The notes below the pieces were generated by a model. It was not told the origin of the DNA, did no database searches, and saw only the letters and a program-made list of their open reading frames with translations. From an uncultured Lentisphaerota bacterium (GTDB lineage: Bacteria; Verrucomicrobiota; Kiritimatiellia; RFP12; UBA1067), in NCBI GenBank assembly GCA_900320855.1, contig ONTV01000031.1, forward strand, positions 1-39,445: a DNA stretch of 39,445 bases. Reading direction: 5' to 3'. Position 1 is the stretch's first letter. Each line of letters starts with the position of its first letter. Of this stretch, positions 36,373 to 39,445 are shown in pieces. Position numbers and translations under genes: made by a program.

Positions 36373-38112
36373 ATGGCTGAAGAGTTTGTCGAAGACGAGT
36401 TGCAGGAGGCCCCGCTGAGCGCGGAGGAACTCTTCGAGCAGCACAAGGCCGAGATTGAGGCGGCATTCGAGGAGAAGGGCTTTTTCCGCCGCATGGCGGA
36501 TATGTTGACGGGTCTCTCGAAGCCGCATTCATCTGCCGAGTTCAAGATCGCGAAGACGGAGCTCCAGCGGCTCATCGCCCCGATCGCGGCGATTACGCTG
36601 CCGGTCCTGGGCGTCGCCGTCCTCATTGTCGTGACGGCCGTCCAGGGACAGATGGACAAGAAGATCGAGGTCGAGGTCGCTCGTGCCCAGGAGGAGGAGA
36701 CCGAGCTCGAGGAGGAGCAGGAACAGGAGGAGATCGTCGAGCAGACGCCGCCCGAGGAGATGGTCGACGTCACGATCGACACGCCGGACGTCACCCCCGT
36801 GGCGGATGTCGTCACGCCGAGCGCGACGCCGACGGCCGAGCCGGTTTCCGTGAAGCCGGCCGCGCAGGATTCCGTCGCCCTCATCAAGTCGCCCGTCACG
36901 ATGAAGTCGATGACGGGTTCGCGGACGCCCGGCTCCATCGGCGCCATGACGCGGGGCGGCAATATGTACGGCGATGCGACGACGGAGGGTGCCGTCCTCA
37001 AGGCCCTGCGGTGGCTCAAGAAGACGCAGCTGCCGAACGGGACCTGGGGCAATGGCGGCAACCCGATCTCGAACGCGGGGCTGGCGATTCTCGCGTTCCT
37101 GGCCCATGGCGAGACGCCGGCCTCGAAGGAGTTCGGACCGACTGTCCAGAAGGCGATGCAGTTCCTGATCGATTCGCTGACGAAGAGGAAGGACAAGACC
37201 GGGCAGGAGGTCGTTTCCTTCAAGGAGACGGACGGCAACGAGTACGCGACGCTGATCGCGACCTACGCCCTTTGCGAAGCCTATGGCATGACGCGCAACC
37301 CGAACACGAAGATCGTGGCCATGCAGACCCTGCAGCGCATCGTCGACAACCAGTCGCCGACGGGCGGCTGGGACTACGGCATGAACCGCAAGTCGACGCG
37401 TGACGACATGTCATACGCGGGCTGGGCGCTTCAGGCGCTGAAGGCCGGCAAGATGGCGGGCATGCACCCAAAGGGGCTGGACGCCTGCATCAAGAAGGCA
37501 ATCAAGTGCCTGAAGACGCGCAACTTCAAGAACGGCGGCTTCAACTACACGGCGGGCGGCGGCCCGACGGGCCTGACGGCGACGGGCTGCCTTGCGATGC
37601 AGCTCCTCGGTTACATGAACGAGAACGAGGTGAAGGCCGCGCTCGACACGATGCGCGCGTGGAAGCCGTCGTTCGAGGGCACGAAGGGGAAGAAGCTCTC
37701 GGAGGCCCTGCCGGCGGCCAATCCCCAGTACTACTGCTACTACGCCGCGCAGTGCAAGTACCAGGCCGGCATGTGCCAGGGCGCAACGCCCGCGAACGTG
37801 AAGGCCTGGCAGGACTGGAACCTCGCGATGAAGGCCCTCTATCCACGCACGATGATCACGCTCCCCGAGAAGATTCCGGGGCTGGACGGCAAGCCGCGCG
37901 CAATCGGGTACTGGAAGTTCAAGGACCAGACGTGCGGCGGCGAGAAGGCGACGACGATGGCGACGTGCCTGGCGGCGCTGCAGATGATGGTTTACTACCG
38001 CTACCTGCCGACCACGCAGACAAAGGCCGCGAAGGCCATCACGTCGGGTGACGAGGACGAAGGCTCGAAGAAGAAGCAGAGCGACGAACTCGACATCGAG
38101 GTAGATATTTGA
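36373..38112 (+). CDS. single-TM protein with acidic/Pro-rich linker and prenyltransferase/squalene-cyclase QW-repeat alpha/alpha barrel
   Basis: TM IAAITLPVLGVAVLIVVTAV; linker EEETELEEEQEQEE...TPPEE; QW-like repeats ALRWLKKTQLPNGTW, IVDNQSPTGGWDY, LKTRNFKNGGFNY. Confidence 0.8.
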   Translation: MAEEFVEDELQEAPLSAEELFEQHKAEIEAAFEEKGFFRRMADMLTGLSKPHSSAEFKIAKTELQRLIAPIAAITLPVLGVAVLIVVTAVQGQMDKKIEVEVARAQEEETELEEEQEQEEIVEQTPPEEMVDVTIDTPDVTPVADVVTPSATPTAEPVSVKPAAQDSVALIKSPVTMKSMTGSRTPGSIGAMTRGGNMYGDATTEGAVLKALRWLKKTQLPNGTWGNGGNPISNAGLAILAFLAHGETPASKEFGPTVQKAMQFLIDSLTKRKDKTGQEVVSFKETDGNEYATLIATYALCEAYGMTRNPNTKIVAMQTLQRIVDNQSPTGGWDYGMNRKSTRDDMSYAGWALQALKAGKMAGMHPKGLDACIKKAIKCLKTRNFKNGGFNYTAGGGPTGLTATGCLAMQLLGYMNENEVKAALDTMRAWKPSFEGTKGKKLSEALPAANPQYYCYYAAQCKYQAGMCQGATPANVKAWQDWNLAMKALYPRTMITLPEKIPGLDGKPRAIGYWKFKDQTCGGEKATTMATCLAALQMMVYYRYLPTTQTKAAKAITSGDEDEGSKKKQSDELDIEVDI

Positions 38113-38244
38113 GTGGGGAAGTGGGAGAGTGGAACAGTGGGAAAGTGGAATGGTGGGAATGTGGGGAAGTGGGAGAGTGGGAATGTGAGAAAGTGGGAGA
38201 GTGGGAGGAAGAGGAGCGAGGCGGGAAAGTGGAAAGGTTTAAAG
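38113..38244 (+). repeat. GTGGGANN octamer array
   Basis: 12 consecutive units at 38113-38208 plus 3 at 38221-38244, starting directly after a stop codon. Confidence 0.92.
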
Positions 38245-38296
38245 ACAGCGGAAGGTTGGCGGAATGTGACGGACGGGTGTGAGTTGTCCGATGAAC

Positions 38297-38386
38297 ATCT
38301 GAGATCTGGAATTTGAGATCCGGAATGAACAGTTGAGGCTTGCCACGAGCATTTGAAATCTGAGATTTGAGATTTGAAATCTTGAA
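38297..38386 (+). repeat. two ATYTGAR heptamer arrays
   Basis: atctgag atctgga atttgag atccgga (38297-38324); atttgaa atctgag atttgag atttgaa atcttgaa (38351-38386). Confidence 0.85.
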
Positions 38387-39445
38387 ATTTCCTCTTTTCC
38401 TAGCTCTTAAATACCTTAAGCCGAAGCGATCCGTCGCTTCGGTCATCACGCTTGTCTCCATCTTGGGCGTGATGCTGGGCGTCGCGGTCGTCATCATCGT
38501 CCGCAGCGTCATGACGGGCTTCGGCGACATCTGGGAGGAGAAGATCCTCGACTTCAAGCCGCACGTCTCGCTCGTGCCGCAAGTTGGCAACGTCGTTCGC
38601 GGCGAAGAGGCCCTCGCGGCGAAGCTCCGCCAGATCCCGGGCGTGACGTGCGTGACGCCCGAAATCGACACGCGCGTTCTCCTTGCGCACAAGGGGCGTG
38701 TCCTCGCGCCGGTCATCCTCGGCGTGGACGGCGACGACTTCACGCGCGCCTACCGCATCGGCGCGCCGCGTGCCGGCACGTTTGACCTTTCGGGCGACTC
38801 GATCGTCCTCGGCGTCTCGGCGGCGCGGTCGCTCGGCGTCTGGGTGGGCGACGAGGTGACGGTCTACTCGCCGAAGACGCTCGTCGCGACGGACGAGGTG
38901 TTCCTGCCGGTCAAGTGGAGGGTCGTCGGCATCTTCTCCTGCGGACAGCACGAGTACGATTCCGGCTACGTCGTCGCATCGCTCCCGAATGTCCGCGACT
39001 TGATGGGAATGGAGCAGGGCGTCTTCGCGATCCACGTCAAGACGGACTGCCCGACGGACGCGGCGAAGTTCGAGCGGATCGTCTCGGCGGCCGTCGCCGT
39101 CGGCGACGGGAACGGCGCGCGGCTGCGCGCGATCTCCTGGCGGGAGGCCGACCGCGAGATCTTCAACGCGCTGGCCGTCGAGAAGAACATGACGGCGCTG
39201 CTCCTCTCGCTCATCTCGCTCGTCGCCGTCTTCTGCGTCATGAACACGCTGCTTGTGCTGACCGTGCAGAAGACGCCGGAGATCGGGCTCCTGAAGGCGC
39301 TGGGCTTCCGCAAGCGCGAGATCATGAAGGTCTTCCTCGTCCACGGCATGATCCAGTGCGGCGTCGGCATCGTCCTCGGATTGCTGGCCTCGTGGGCCGT
39401 TCTGTCGAACCTCCAGAACATCGTCGAGGGACTGGCGCGAATGGG
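38382..39445 (+). CDS. LolC/LolE-type ABC transporter permease (runs off window end; absent from ORF track)
   Basis: TTG start: MKFPLFLALKYLKPKRSVASVITLVSILGVMLGVAVVIIVRSVMTGF...EKNM...VQKTPEIGLLKALG. Confidence 0.88.
   Translation, partial: MKFPLFLALKYLKPKRSVASVITLVSILGVMLGVAVVIIVRSVMTGFGDIWEEKILDFKPHVSLVPQVGNVVRGEEALAAKLRQIPGVTCVTPEIDTRVLLAHKGRVLAPVILGVDGDDFTRAYRIGAPRAGTFDLSGDSIVLGVSAARSLGVWVGDEVTVYSPKTLVATDEVFLPVKWRVVGIFSCGQHEYDSGYVVASLPNVRDLMGMEQGVFAIHVKTDCPTDAAKFERIVSAAVAVGDGNGARLRAISWREADREIFNALAVEKNMTALLLSLISLVAVFCVMNTLLVLTVQKTPEIGLLKALGFRKREIMKVFLVHGMIQCGVGIVLGLLASWAVLSNLQNIVEGLARM

Noticed and set aside
38113-38316. 67-aa ORF MGKWESGTVGKW...
   Set aside because: Translation of the octamer array; no SD, atypical codon usage.

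Overview
High-GC bacterial chromosomal window with about 30 genes, all but one on the + strand. The gene set (ExbB/ExbD/ExbD cluster with TPR and QW-repeat proteins, orphan GspE/GspG, RRM protein) suggests a PVC-superphylum bacterium, possibly Kiritimatiellota; this is inference only. Content is mostly housekeeping, envelope and sugar metabolism: lactonase, acyl-CoA synthetase, tsaE, rhlE, mnmE, pdxST, rarA, lptA-like, uxaAB, tRNA-Asn, pdp, nadK, murJ, GH2, TPR-TPR-exbB-exbD-exbD-QW operon and a partial lolC/E. No transposase, integrase, phage or CRISPR array was seen. Three things stand out. (1) Several unrelated families of degenerate 7- and 8-bp tandem arrays recur at gene junctions, where they supply start codons or RBSs, and as frame-preserving inserts inside tsaE, mnmE, uxaA, a dehydrogenase and a GH2 gene. 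(2) A candidate proton-motor complex has a prenyltransferase/QW-repeat barrel protein where TonB/TolA would be expected. (3) Many extended -10 promoters lie only 6-10 nt from the start codon, suggesting leaderless mRNAs. Family assignments come from motifs recognised by eye; no database searches were run.
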